A stretch of 64,000 nucleotides of DNA from Octopus sinensis (Eukaryota). The stretch covers positions 51,398,001 through 51,462,000 of the forward strand of contig NC_043005.1 of NCBI RefSeq assembly GCF_006345805.1, in the 5' to 3' direction. How positions within the stretch are numbered: the stretch's first letter is position 1; every line of letters starts with the position of its first letter. Below are positions 1 through 12,309 of the stretch, piece after piece. The translations under genes and the position numbers were made by a program. A model generated the notes under the pieces. That model ran no database searches. It was not told where the DNA came from and was given only the letters and a program-made list of their open reading frames with translations.

Positions 1-199
1 ACGGCCATCTTTCTCCATGTTTATTTGTTTATTTGCATCATCATCATCTTCACGTTTACTCACCTGGATTCCCTTTATAACCACTCTTTACTCCGCTGAC
101 TTAGTCCTCACTAAAGATTTTCGGAGTGCTAGTTCAGATCATTTCGGTGACGCTAAGTGTTTTCTATATTCAGTGTCTTTGGATCTTATCTGCTAATTC

Positions 200-625
200 T
201 GTGTGTATGTGTGTGTGTGTGGTGTGTGTGTGTGTGTGTGTGTCTATCTGTCTGTCTGTGTGAGTGTGTGTTTGTGTGTGTGAGTGTGTCTGTCTGTATG
301 TAAGTGTGTGTGTGTGTGTGTGTGTGCGCTGTCTGTCTATCTGTCTGTGTGTCTGTCTGTATGTATGTATGCGTGTGTGTGAGTGTGTGTTTGTGTGTGT
401 GTGAGTGTGTTTGTCTATCTGTCTGTGTCTGGTGTGTGTGTGTGTCTACTTGTGTGTCTGTGTCCGTGTGTATGTGTATAAGTGTGTGTGTGTGAGTCTG
501 TCTGTCTATCTGTGTGTCTCTGTGTGTGTCTGTCTATCTGTTTGTGTATCTGTGTGTATATGTTTATTTGTGTGTGTGTGGTGTGTGTGTGTGGTGTGTG
601 TGTGGTGCGTGTGTTGTCTTTACGT
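200..625. repeat. Degenerate (TG)n/(TGTC)n microsatellite tract
   Basis: Directly visible; it runs into a SINE-B tail at ~640 and explains the VC/HT-repeat ORFs in the track. Confidence 0.95.
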
Positions 626-1788
626 CTGTGACTGTGCCCCACCACCTCTAGACAACCAGTGTCGGTGTGCTTACGTCCCCGTAACATTAGAGGTTTGGCA
701 TAACAGATCGTTAAAATAAGTACGAGACTTTATAAAACAAAAAAGCGCTAGGATCGATTCATTCAACTAAAGATACCTCGAGGCAGTGCCCCAGCATGGC
801 CACAGTCTAACGACTGAAACAAATAAAAGATAAAAGATAAAAGAAAATGTATATAGGCGCAGGAGTGGCTGAGTGATAAGTTTCTTTCCAACAACAGGGT
901 TTCGGGTTTAGTCCTACTGCATGGACCCTTCTGCAAGTTGTCTTCTACTATAACCCCAGGTCAACTAAAACCTTGTGAATGGATTTAATAAACGGAAACT
1001 GTGTGGAAGCCTGTTGTGCTTGCGTATCTCACCCCCATCTCCACCCACCGTTTGACAATAGGTTTACTTATGTCATTTGATTAATGTCCCCGTAACATAG
1101 AGGTTTGGAAAAAGAAATCGATAGAATAAGTACCAGACTTTAGAAAGTAAATATTGGGGTCGTTTTGTTCGACTAAAACTTTTTTAAACAGTGTCCCAGG
1201 ATGGCCACAGTCTAATGACTGAAACAAGTAAAACAAAAGATATTCTTGAAAAAGAGGAAAAAAAAAAATTATAACAAGGGCGAGAACTCTTTAAAAAAAA
1301 CAAAATGAGTTATTCCCCCATATTGAGTGATGGCTCTGCTACGAAAAGACTATTGCATTTTATACCATGTATGAACAGTTACGCGCACACGCTCACACGG
1401 GTATACGCACGCACATACACACACACACACGGATATGAATATATATACCAGAAACAGCTGTAAGACTAACTTTCTCTCTATAAATGTCCTGAAAATTCCA
1501 CACAGACTTGGCTTTGTTGTCTCTTTATTGAACATATACATACTCATACAAAGACCCGCATTAGACTCCTCACTCGTATCATTATCGAACCGAGAGTTTG
1601 ACTGCAGTCCTTCCATGGCACTTACATAGCGTTACCTGCCACCTTGGGTCTTCTGAACACCAATACCTCTCATATATATATATATATAATATATATATAT
1701 ATATAATTAACATCTAATATAGGATAGAATTTTCGAAAAAATTCTATCAATGGCCAGCATATTAAAAAATACCTTTAAAGGTTAAATT

Positions 1789-1821
<33 letters not shown>

Positions 1822-2245
1822 ATATCCTCGCTCTACCCACCACACCCATCTCTATAGTCCTTTAGGACAGTTTTTCATTTCTCCTTCACGTTACCCATTT
1901 TTGTCTTGTCTTGCAGGCCTAAGGGATTTTTTTTTTTTATTTTACTGTATATGTATTGTTATCTGTCTGTGTGTGTCTTTATTCTGTTTATTGTCTTGTA
2001 CCTCGACCGTCTACTAACAGTCTTGTATCGAGCCCGTCTCGTTTTGTTATGTTTTGGTCCCATCCCCGGCAAGTTTCTTGCCGGTGCCTCCACAGTGGAA
2101 GCAATATTATCGATAACGGCCGAAATTATGCTTGACCCTCTGGCCGATAACTGAAGAAGAGTTGGTGACCTTCTACGTTCTCCGTTCATCTGTGTATTTA
2201 GTATATGTTCGTATGTTTATTTTCTACACGTTTTGTTTTTAATTA

Positions 2246-2393
2246 CAGGAGTGGCTGTGTGGTCACATGGTTCTGGGTTCAGTCCCACTGCGTGGCACCT
2301 TGGGCAAGTTTCTTCTACTATAGCCTCGGGCCGACCAAAGCCTTGTGAGTGGATTTGGTAGACGGAAACTGAAAGAAGCCCGTCGTATATATG

Positions 2394-2424
<31 letters not shown>

Positions 2425-2635
2425 ATTTGTGTGTGTCCCCCTAGCATTGCTTGACAACCGATGCTGGTGTGTTTATGTCCCCGTTACTTAGCGGTTCGGC
2501 AAAAGAGACCGATAGAATAAGTACTGGGCTTACAAAAGAATAAGTCCCGGGGTCGAGTTGCTCGATTAAAGGCGGTGCTCCACCATGGCCGCAGTCAAAT
2601 GACTGAAACAAGTAAAAGAGTAAAAGAGTAAAGAG
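2246..2635 (+). mobile_element. tRNA-derived SINE, family B (CORE-like segment, internal microsatellite, (TAAAAGAG)n tail)
   Basis: A-box-like TGGCTGTGTGG, B-box-like GGTTCAGTCCC, CCTTGGGCAAG CORE-like block, internal (TA)n(TG)n and a TAAAAGAG tail. More than 25 full or partial copies in the window on both strands, e.g. 855-1240, 2880-3510(-), 12350-12715(-), 13245-13635, 15744-16120(-), 16148-16620(-), 46912-47296(-), 54005-54530, 54701-55083(-), 60611-60945(-). Confidence 0.85.
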
Positions 2636-3125
2636 TATATATACGCACATACACACATATACACAGGTATGTCATATTTTTCCGTTTGTTCTCTTTTTAT
2701 CTAATCCTGAACATATTATTTATGTAATGCTCGCACTCATTAATTAATAAGGACTGCATAGTTTCTGTAGAGAAAATAATAAAATTAATGAAGAGCAGGA
2801 GAGCAGAGACTTGCACATCAATATATATATATAGTTACACCGTTCTACACTTAGACCTGGCTCTAAGTAAAGAACAATACTCTTTTACTCTTTTACTCGT
2901 TTCAGTCATTTGACTGCGACCATGCTGGAGCACCGCCTTTAGTCGAGCAACTCGACCCCGGGACTTATTCTTTTGTAAGCCCAGTACTTATTCTATCGGT
3001 CTCTTTTGCCGAACCGCTAAGTTACGGGGGGACATAAACACACCAACATCGGTTGTCAAGCAATGCTAGGGGGACAAACACAGACACACAAACATACACG
3101 CACGCATATATATATTATATATATA

Positions 3126-3182
<57 letters not shown>

Positions 3183-3300
3183 TATATATTATATAGTTAT
3201 CCAAACAAGAAAACACAGAAAAAAAGGGAAAAAAAGAAAAAAAACACAGCAACGCAGGACGTGGAACAATTAGAGTATTATTGACACTCAGGAAATGGAA

Positions 3301-3352
<52 letters not shown>

Positions 3353-3789
3353 GACGGGCTCTTTTCAGTTTCCGTCTACCAAATCCACTCAAAGGCTTTG
3401 GTCGGCCCCGAGGCTATAGTAGAAGACACTTGCCCAAGGTGCCACGCAGTGGGACTGAACCCGGAACCATGTGGTTGGTAAACAAGCTACTTACCACGCA
3501 GCCACTCCTGCACCTGTACATAACAGCCACTCCTGCACAATGTACATACCTGTATAATAAAACTTTGATGTGCAAGTCCCTGTCCTCCTGCTCTTCAGTA
3601 TTTTATTATTTTCTCTACAAAAAAACTATGTAGTCCTTATAAGGACATTCGGATTTAACAAGTGAGGATTAACTGACTATAGTAAATTTTAACTAACTTG
3701 AGTTTCACCAACACTCACTGTGGCGGGCGAGCCAGCACTGAGAACCGATTAGAGTTAACTCGGTAACTGCGATGATATATCCCTCAAAA

Positions 3790-3975
3790 CCATTTTTGAA
3801 AATACTAACAAAAAACGTCATCTACTGCATCACATGCCTACTATGCAATGAAAACTACAGTGGGGAGACTGGAAGAAAACTGACCACCTGTGTAAATGTA
3901 CATAAACAACAAATTAGAGATTTATCTCTTAGGAATGTCCCATGCAGTGAACATCTAGATATATATGAAACATTT
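3790..3975 (+). pseudogene. Penelope-like element GIY-YIG endonuclease remnant
   Basis: Translation KNVIYCITCLLCNENYSGETGRKLTTCVNVHKQQIRDLSLRNVPCSEHLD matches the PLE GIY-YIG pattern (VIY..C..C...Y.GETGR.L..R..EH). No intact RT nearby. Confidence 0.8.
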
Positions 3976-5998
3976 CCACTAGCATAATGAAGTTACCACG
4001 CGGCCAAACTGCCATCATCTGTGTGGCTGTTCGGTAAAAATTTTTATTTTAAATTGGCCACAATGGGCTATACATAACTAGACAAAACAGGACGGACAAG
4101 AACAAATAGGGGTCTACAACAGAGTGGAATAGGAGGATAGAATAACGATATGGATAGAATTAACAAAATTTTTTTTTCCATAGCAATTATGCTATAACAA
4201 GATGAAACGTTGGGCAAGGAGACCCACAAGCCACGACCCAGCACTGCTCACACAGGGGGGACTAAGGTATTCCGTTCAAGTTGGCCACATTCATACTTAA
4301 CGATCGTGCCACTTGCATCCAACTAATTTTAAATACACACGGCGGTAGCAACTTTCTCTCTCTAGCCTTATTTTTCTTTTTAGATAGAAGCAGAAATATT
4401 TAATTAAACCCAGCTATTGGAACATCGTGTCGAGCGAGGATGTCATAGGCCGAGTATACCGTCATCGGAGAGAGATAGGTTAAACATAGGTAAAAGAGGA
4501 AGAATATTCTTCATCAATGTTTTTTTTTTTGGTTTTGTTTTTCATTTTGTCTAGAAAGGGGGGAAAAATCCAATTAAAGATTCAATTAAAATAGATATTT
4601 ATTAGGTAAGTCCATGAACAAATGAAGAAAATCGGTAATGTCTATCAGTAGAACTAAAACAGAGCGAATGGTTTGATTGTAATCCATGACGAGGGGAAAT
4701 GGATGTTAGCAGTTCCAATGCTGGATAAATTTTTTCAAACATTTTTGCGAATTTATATTCTACAAACAGGGATTTCATATGATTATGAAAAAAATTTTCT
4801 TTTAAACATTTTCATCTCTTCACCACCGCCACACCACTTCCCGCCTTAAATCTTAAAAGTTCCACTCTTTCTCGAATTTTCTTTTTAAATACCAACACTG
4901 GACCTTGGTGCCTCATCATTCCATTAAGTGTGTTTATGGGGAGAAAAATATTGAAAAACATCAATACATGTCTGAGTGACTAAGAAATGAGGAAGGTATC
5001 AGGTGGTCGTGGAATGTACTACAAACACCAGCTACAATCTCCCTTAAATCACACACATACGTATGAATTCGCATGTGTAGAACACAAATTGGCAAACATT
5101 TTTGAAAATTCAAAAAAATTTTTTTTTTAAACTGTGTGTTATGTGGGGTGCTTAAGCCAGAATTCTGCCGGGACAACAACTAAAGATGTTAAACAAATGC
5201 GTATCCTGTGTTGACGATAACATAAAGTTCTAGGCAAATACTGAAATAGATATAATCCACTGTATACTTTCTCCAAATTTGAAGTCACAGAATTATGAAT
5301 TATTGTAAAAGGAAGTCGAAATCGTATAGGGTATAAAATATAAAGGGAAATAACTCGTGACAATATGTCCAGAGTTATTTCTCTTACAAGAAATAACTGG
5401 AAAATAATTTTTAATGAGCAATAGAATATATTTGGATGTCTAGTTAGCTAACTCACTTCCTCTCACTCCCTTTCTTTCTTTCTTTCTTTCTTCTTTCTTT
5501 CTTTCTTTCTTTCTCTCTTCTTCTATGTGTATTTGTGTGTATGTGTGTGTACTTATATAGAGAGAGGGGAAGAAATATAGGCAGAAAGAGAGAGTGAGAG
5601 ACAGACAGACAGACAAACAGACAGACCAACAGACAGACAGACCGACAGACAGATAGGCAGACAGGGAAACAAGAGAAACTCAGAACGTAAAGATACATGA
5701 AACTCCACAAAACATTTTGTCTGGTGTACTAACGATTCTGCCCGCTCACCGCCTTACTATTAATAATAATCCTTTCTACTGCAGGCACAAGGCCTTAAAC
5801 TGGGATGGGGGGGACTAGTTGATTACATTGACTTCAGTGTTTCACTGGTACTTAATTTATCGACCCCGAAAGGATGAAAAGTAAATTCGACATCGGCGGA
5901 ATTTGAACTCAGAACGGAAAGACAGTCGAAATATAATAGACGAGACACCATTAAGCTTTTCGCCCAGTGTTCTGACGATTTTGCCAGCTCACCGCCTT

Positions 5999-6097
<99 letters not shown>

Positions 6098-6593
6098 GAC
6101 GACGATGATGATAATCATTTCTGCTAAAAGTAGAAGGCCTGGAATTTGGGAGGAGGGGACTAGTGGATTACGTCGACCCCAATGTTTCACTGGTACTTAA
6201 TTTATCGGCCCCGGGAGAATGAAAGGTAAAGTCGACCTCGGTGAGATTTGAACTCAGAACATAAAGACGGACAAAATGTTGCTAAGCATTTAATAGTAAA
6301 AGTCCTTTCTATGACGGACGTAAGCTCTGAGATTTTGGAGGAAGGGGTTAATGGATTACATCGATCCCAGTACTTGACTTATCCGTATTTTATCGATCTC
6401 GAAAGAATGAAAAGCAAAGTCGACCTCGGCGGAATAAGATCACGTCATGCATCAAGGTGTTGTACAAACTGTTATTGGCCTTAAATTTCAGTTTGGGAAC
6501 TGCTGACAGACATTGTCTTTGAGATCATGGATAATTTGCCGGTGAAGGCCGTAGTCGACTACAAGTAAACAGCCACCTTATATGTATGTTGCG

Positions 6594-6637
<44 letters not shown>

Positions 6638-6779
6638 AGGTGGATAACGTTACCATCGGTGGTGAGTCGTTTAATGTACCACCTGGTATTCGTTGATGTT
6701 CATTTACATTCTGAATTTCAAACCCCATCTCATTTCGGTTAACGTATGTTTAATTCTTTCTAAGACCTGAAGTTTGGTT

Positions 6780-7566
6780 GAACATGTCAGCTAGTCGATT
6801 ACATCGACCCCAATGGTTCACAAGCAGTTATTTTAGCGAATCCAAAATGATGAAAAGCAAAGTCGACCTCGGCAGCATTTGAACTCGCATTTGAAAAACA
6901 GCATTTGAAAAACAGACGAAATGCCGCTATGCATATTGGCTTCAAATTTTGGCACAAGGTCAGCAGTTTCGGGGAGGGGATAATTCGATTACATCGACCC
7001 CAGTACTCAACTGGCACTTATATTAACGACCCCGAAAAGATGAAAGGCAATGTCCAACCTCGACGGAATTTGAATTCAGAACGTAAAGACGGACGAAATG
7101 CCGCTAAGCATTTTGACCGGCGCGCTAACGATTCTTGTTTCTTTATTACCCACAAGGGGCTAAACATACTATACTAAACATAGAGGAGACAAACAAGGAC
7201 AGACAAAGGAATCAAGTCGATTACATCGACCCCAGTGCGTAACTGGTACTTAATTTATCGACCCCGAAAGGATGGAAGGCAAAGTTGACCTCGGTGGAAT
7301 TTGAACTCAGAACATAATGACAGACGAAATACCTATTTCTTTACTACCCACAAGGGGCTAAACACAGAGAGGACAAACAAGGGCAGACAAACGGATTAAG
7401 TGGATTACATCGACCCCAGTGCGTAACTGGTACTTAATTTATCGACCCCGAAAGGATGAAAGGCAAAGTTGACCTCGGCGGAATTTGAACTCACAACGTA
7501 ACGACAGACGAAATACGGCTGCACATTTCGCCCGGCGTGCTAACGTTTCTGCCAGCTCGCCGCCTA
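6780..7566 (-). mobile_element. Tandem array of tRNA-derived SINE family A
   Basis: Head AGGCGGCGAGCTGGCAGAAACG (A box) and GAGTTCAAATTCC (B box). The central CTTTCATCCTTTCGGGGTCGATAAATTAAGTACCAG resembles the Meta/MESC SINE domain as recalled. Several head-to-tail units. Other family A copies or arrays: 5690-6440, 12045-12195, 14985-15406, 23836-24630, 29768-30000, 32268-32494, 43121-43350, 50119-50666, 52695-53990. Confidence 0.85.
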
Positions 7567-7955
7567 ATCACTTAACAACATATTAACGGCTCTCATCAAA
7601 CTGACAGTAAAACAATCGCCTAACCATTCCACGGTGAACCAAAGAATTGGTTTCGTTGATCGCAATGATGTAACGTAACATAAACACACTAGAGAAAGAA
7701 GGGACACGGAGTTTATTCACAAATCGATACCGCACCATGCCTGGAAATAAAGACAATCTCTTTTATCTTTTACTTGTTTCAGTCATCAGACCACGGCCAT
7801 GCTGGGGCACCACCTTGAGCGATTTCTGGTCGAGTGAATCAACTCTAGTACTTATTTTTCTATCTTAAGCCTGAAACTTATTTTGTCGGTCTCTTTTGCA
7901 GAACCGCTAAGTTACGAGTGCATAAACATACCAACACGGATTGTCAAGCAGTGGT

Positions 7956-7986
<31 letters not shown>

Positions 7987-8018
7987 GCACACACACACAC
8001 ACACACACAACACACACG

Positions 8019-8050
<32 letters not shown>

Positions 8051-8603
8051 ATGATGGATAATGCTCCATTCACTACAGCCGTTTCCAACGAATGTTTTTA
8101 ATTGATGAATAAAGACACTACATCATATGGGGGGGAAAAAAAACATTTTTTATGAGATTGATTTCAATCGTTGCTATTATGCAAAATTGTTCTAAGTCTA
8201 AAACGTTGCTTTTTCAGAAAAAGGGGGAAAAAATAGCAAAATCGTTGTACTACACTTGGATGATTTTTGATATCTTGGCATCTGAGGCAGCTGAAGATAC
8301 GATAGTTTGACCAAAACAACCAGCTATTGCAAGCAAAAATAAATATTGAAAAAAACGCATTTGGCAAAAATTTGGATATACGACAATTTAACATATTAGC
8401 AACGATATGAATTACACATTTAGAACATTCCAAAAGTCACCAGTTTGTGTCACTTCTTAGTTCCCTTACTAGTAACGGTCAAATGAACTTATATACACAC
8501 ACACGCACAGAAATAATAAAGATTCTGTTGAATTAGGTACTTAAGTTGAGGCACCAAGTCAGTCCGGTATTGTTCGCATAGCTCGAGGTGAATCAAAAAC
8601 TAA

Positions 8604-8740
8604 GGCAGAACGAGTATCTCAAGTCATTTAGAATAATTTAATTAGGGTAAGGTAACTTCAAATTCACCTTTGCCTTGATTAAATTTTTCTAATTTGCTGT
8701 AATTAAATTATTCTAATTGACTTGAGATACTCGTTCTGCC
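8604..8740. mobile_element. 137-bp MITE-like inverted-repeat element
   Basis: 41-bp arms at 8604-8644 (GGCAGAACGAGTATCTCAAGTCATTTAGAATAATTTAATTA) and 8700-8740, with one mismatch. No clear TSD. Confidence 0.7.
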
Positions 8741-8749
8741 AGTGTGACA

Positions 8750-8820
8750 GGTTCTGTGGTGTAGTGGTTATCACGTGTTTCACACGCAGAAGGCCGCGAG
8801 TTCGAACCTCGCCAGAACCT
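8750..8820 (+). tRNA. trnV: tRNA-Val(CAC)-derived sequence, probably a pseudogene (2-nt deletion in the anticodon stem)
   Basis: Perfect acceptor stem GGTTCTG/CAGAACC, D arm GTGTAGTGGTTATCAC, T loop GTTCGAAC and anticodon loop TT-CAC-AC. The 5' anticodon-stem strand reads TGT where 5 nt are needed to pair with GCAGA, giving 71 nt rather than 73. Confidence 0.8.
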
Positions 8821-9046
8821 TCATGTTACCTTTCCTTTTAAATGGCGGTGCCCCAGCATGGCCACAGCTCAAGAGCTGAAACTGGAAAACATAAAACATA
8901 AACCTGCTATAACGAAGCACTAATACGGATCCCTAGATCCAGCCTTAGCTGTGATCTTAGAACCTAACGGTTGACCAACTATAGTACTTATTCAGCGTTT
9001 AGATCACAACAAAACCCCTCATATTCTTTATATATATATATATATA

Positions 9047-9325
9047 TCACCGTGACCGACCAGGCTATCAGATGTTGCTACACATTGGTGGTTACAATGC
9101 GCTTCGCATTGTTTTAGCCTTCGAATGACGCCACCCGCTGGCTAAGCGAGCAGGCCAACAGAAGAAAGAGTGACAGAAAGTTGTGGAGAAAGAGTACAGT
9201 AGGGATCGCCACCCCACCTGCTGGAGCCTCGTGGAAGTTTAGGGGTTTTCGCTCAATAAATACCCACAACGCCCGGTCAGGAAATCGAAACCGCTGCTTT
9301 AACCACTGGGCCATTGCGCCTCCAC
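9047..9325 (-). mobile_element. tRNA-derived SINE family C
   Basis: Head GGAGGCGCAATGGCCCAGTGGTT...GGTTTCGATTTCC and tail ending GGTCACGGTGAT(TA)n. A second full copy lies at 17792-18090(+) and a tail fragment at 62985-63110. Confidence 0.8.
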
Positions 9326-9381
9326 TATTTATATATATATATATATATATATTATAATATAATATATATATATATATATAT

Positions 9382-9428
<47 letters not shown>

Positions 9429-9565
9429 ATATATTAATGTATAAGATATTATATAGATATATATATATTAATTCGAGGAAGTTAAGTCCTCATTAGGGAT
9501 TATATAATTTCACTGGTTTAGTCCGTAAAGTCATTGGTATATGTTTAGGATTATGAATTTTTAAT

Positions 9566-9964
9566 ATTGTGGGAAAAAACAAGAAGAGAATGAATGGATG
9601 CAATTACTGATTTATTTGCATGCTGGAGATAAGTTAAGAAAAATCGCAGAAAGAACCTACAAAAGATATAATGATCACCTAAGTGGAATTAGCTCTTTTT
9701 GAACCCCGAAGACGCCTAACATAAAAATAATATGAATGTAGCAACTTCCTTGGCATTAAACAACATACTTGGAGATTCCCATCAATTAAATGGTTCGACA
9801 GAAACATATATTTAGGTTCTTAACTTTTTCGAGCTTTCAACTTCCAATCAATTTATTTATTTGTGTAATGTTTCTTCAAAAAAAAAAAACGTATCTTTCT
9901 ACATGCAAATAAATCAGTAATTACACCCATTTATTCTCCATTTTCTTCTCTTGTTTTTTCCCCA

Positions 9965-9968
<4 letters not shown>
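9566..9968. mobile_element. ~400-bp MITE with ~57-bp imperfect TIRs
   Basis: ATTGTGGGAAAAAACAAGAAGAGAA...AATTACTGATTTATTTGCATG is mirrored by CATGCAAATAAATCAGTAATT...TTCTTCTCTTGTTTTTTCCCACAAT. Confidence 0.7.
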
Positions 9969-9998
<30 letters not shown>

Positions 9999-10670
9999 CA
10001 GGATGCTTTCAGTTTCCGTCTACTAAATCCACTCACAAAGTTTTGGTTGACTCGACGCAACTTACATGAATTTACTTGGCGTCATTTTCCCTAACATAAG
10101 GTATTCATGTCGTCCACCAAATGTTTTTGATATTACTATTAAATAGAAGGCAGCGAGCTGGTAGAATCACTACCGCGTTGGACATAATGCTTTACGACGT
10201 GTCTAAGTTCTGAGTTCAAATGCGGCTTAGGTCGACTTTGCATTTCATTCTTTCAAGGTCTATAAGTTCAACACTGGGGTCGATGTAATCCACCTACCCT
10301 TCCTTTCAAATAATAGTTCTCAACTGGATTCCATATGGTCCTTGGGGATCCATTTGAGATTTTGTTTTTAAAATTCATGTGCAATGAATTGGTTGGGGTC
10401 CCATATAAGATTTTGTTGCTAAAATTCAGGTGCAATAAATTAGTTATAATTCTATAATACACAAATTATCTTAACATTTTTTTATAAAAAGAAAAACAGC
10501 TAGTTTTAAATCTCTGAGCAAGAGATATGCAGTAACAGTACCGAATAGTAAAGTTTATTTGCCAACAAAATGTGGAAGTCCTATAACAACAGTAACATCG
10601 TCTTGTATAGGACTGTCACATTCTGTTGGCAAATAAAATTTACAATTTTTTATACAATTCCTAACAATAG

Positions 10671-11087
10671 GTGTAGGAGTGGCTGTGTGGTAAGTAGCTT
10701 GTTTGCCAACCACATGGTTCGGAGTTCAGACCCACTACGTGGCACCTTGGGCAAGTGTCTTCTACTATAGCCTCGGGCCGACGAGAGCCTTGTGAGTGGA
10801 TTTGGTTGACGGAAACTAAAAGAAGCTCGTCGTATATATATATATATGTGTGTGTGTGTGTATGTTTGTGTGTCTGTGTTTGTCCCCCCCACAACATCGC
10901 TTGGCAACCGATGCCGGTGTGTTTATGTCACCGTAACTTAGCAGTTCGGCAAAAGAGACGGATAGAATAAGTACTAGGCTTACAAAGAATAAGTCCTGGG
11001 GTCGATTTGCTCGACTATAGGCGGTGCTCCAGCTTGGCCACAGTCAAATGGCTGAAACAAGTAAAAGAGTAAAAGAGTAAAAAAGAG
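10671..11087 (+). mobile_element. SINE family B, full-length copy
   Basis: Same head, CORE-like block, microsatellite and tail architecture as 2246-2635. Confidence 0.85.
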
Positions 11088-11091
11088 AATA

Positions 11092-11478
11092 TCTTTATAT
11101 ATAAAAGTGAAGTTGTGTGTCTGTCTCCTACGATTTAAATTCCTAACTACTCCCACATTTTGCGGTGCAGTTTAACCAAAACCGGGTATCTTATAGTCGT
11201 GATTCATATCGAGCCCTTCTGGGTATTAGCGCGCGTCTATGATGAGTCTATAATTTTAAAAAAATTTACTATCATTTTTTTCCATTTTAATGCATTTTTT
11301 CGCTATTATATAAGGGAAGTATCTCTCTAAAAATGTCTACGATGAGTCAACGATTTAAAAAAAATTTACCATCATTTTTTTTTTCCATTTTTTTGCTATT
11401 TTTTGGCTATAACTCTCTAAAAATGCTTATATAGTTATTTGCCTTACAAACCCGAGCAACGCCGGGCGATACTGCTAG
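11092..11478 (+). mobile_element. Non-autonomous Helitron, copy 1
   Basis: Starts TC after an A, ends CTAG before a T, has the hairpin CCCGAGCAACGCCGGG 12 nt before the end, and has no TSD. These are canonical Helitron termini. Confidence 0.85.
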
Positions 11479-12244
11479 TTCAATTATAAAAATACGTTGT
11501 TTCTTTTTTTTTTTAATGTCGAATGGTTATGAAGGTACACTCGAGTAAAATAGGGATCAAAAGAATCTACTGTGGTGGGGAAATGAATGAGAACCTCTAC
11601 AGTTTTAGAGATCGATAAGAACGAGTAAACATTACAAGACAAAAGATGTAGCATGCCCGCAAATTAATATAAGGATAATACCGCATTTTATTAAACCACA
11701 AGATACAACGCCATTGCTTTCAATGCTGTCATACATTAATATGACGTCAGTCCTTCCACCCAACCACCGCATGAAACAGTTGACAACAGCAGAGTTTTAT
11801 GAACAATGGGCGCACGTGAAATGAGGCTGTATCAGTGCTTCATTGTGACAATGATCTAATGAGGGACGCGAAAGGTTAATATAATCTGTTCAGCTCAATA
11901 CCTCACTGTTAGCCCGTTCCCAGCAGGAAGCTGTCATAAGATATTATTTACATGTCTATTGCATCCTTCTCCCTTCTCCCATTTCTTCATACTTTGTTGC
12001 TTTCTACTACGTTTTTTTTTTTTTCTAGATGTTTTCTTCCGTTAAATTCCGCCGAGGTCGACTTTGCCTTTCATCCTTTCGGGGTCGATAAATTAAGTAC
12101 CAGTTACGCACTGGGGTCGATATAATCGACTTAATCCGTTTGCCTGTCCTTGTTTGTCCCCTCTGTGGTTAGCCCCTTGTGGGTAGTAAAGAAATATATA
12201 TACAGTATTGTAATGGACTCCTACACCTCGTGTGTGTTTGTTGA

Positions 12245-12309
<65 letters not shown>

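Noticed and set aside
5999-6115. Poly-Asn/poly-Ile ORFs
   Set aside because: (AAT)n microsatellite within a SINE-A array.
7200-7500. Regularly recurring GTCGATTACATCGAC palindromes suggesting a CRISPR array
   Set aside because: The intervening sequence is also repeated (SINE units), there are no unique spacers or cas genes, and the context is eukaryotic.
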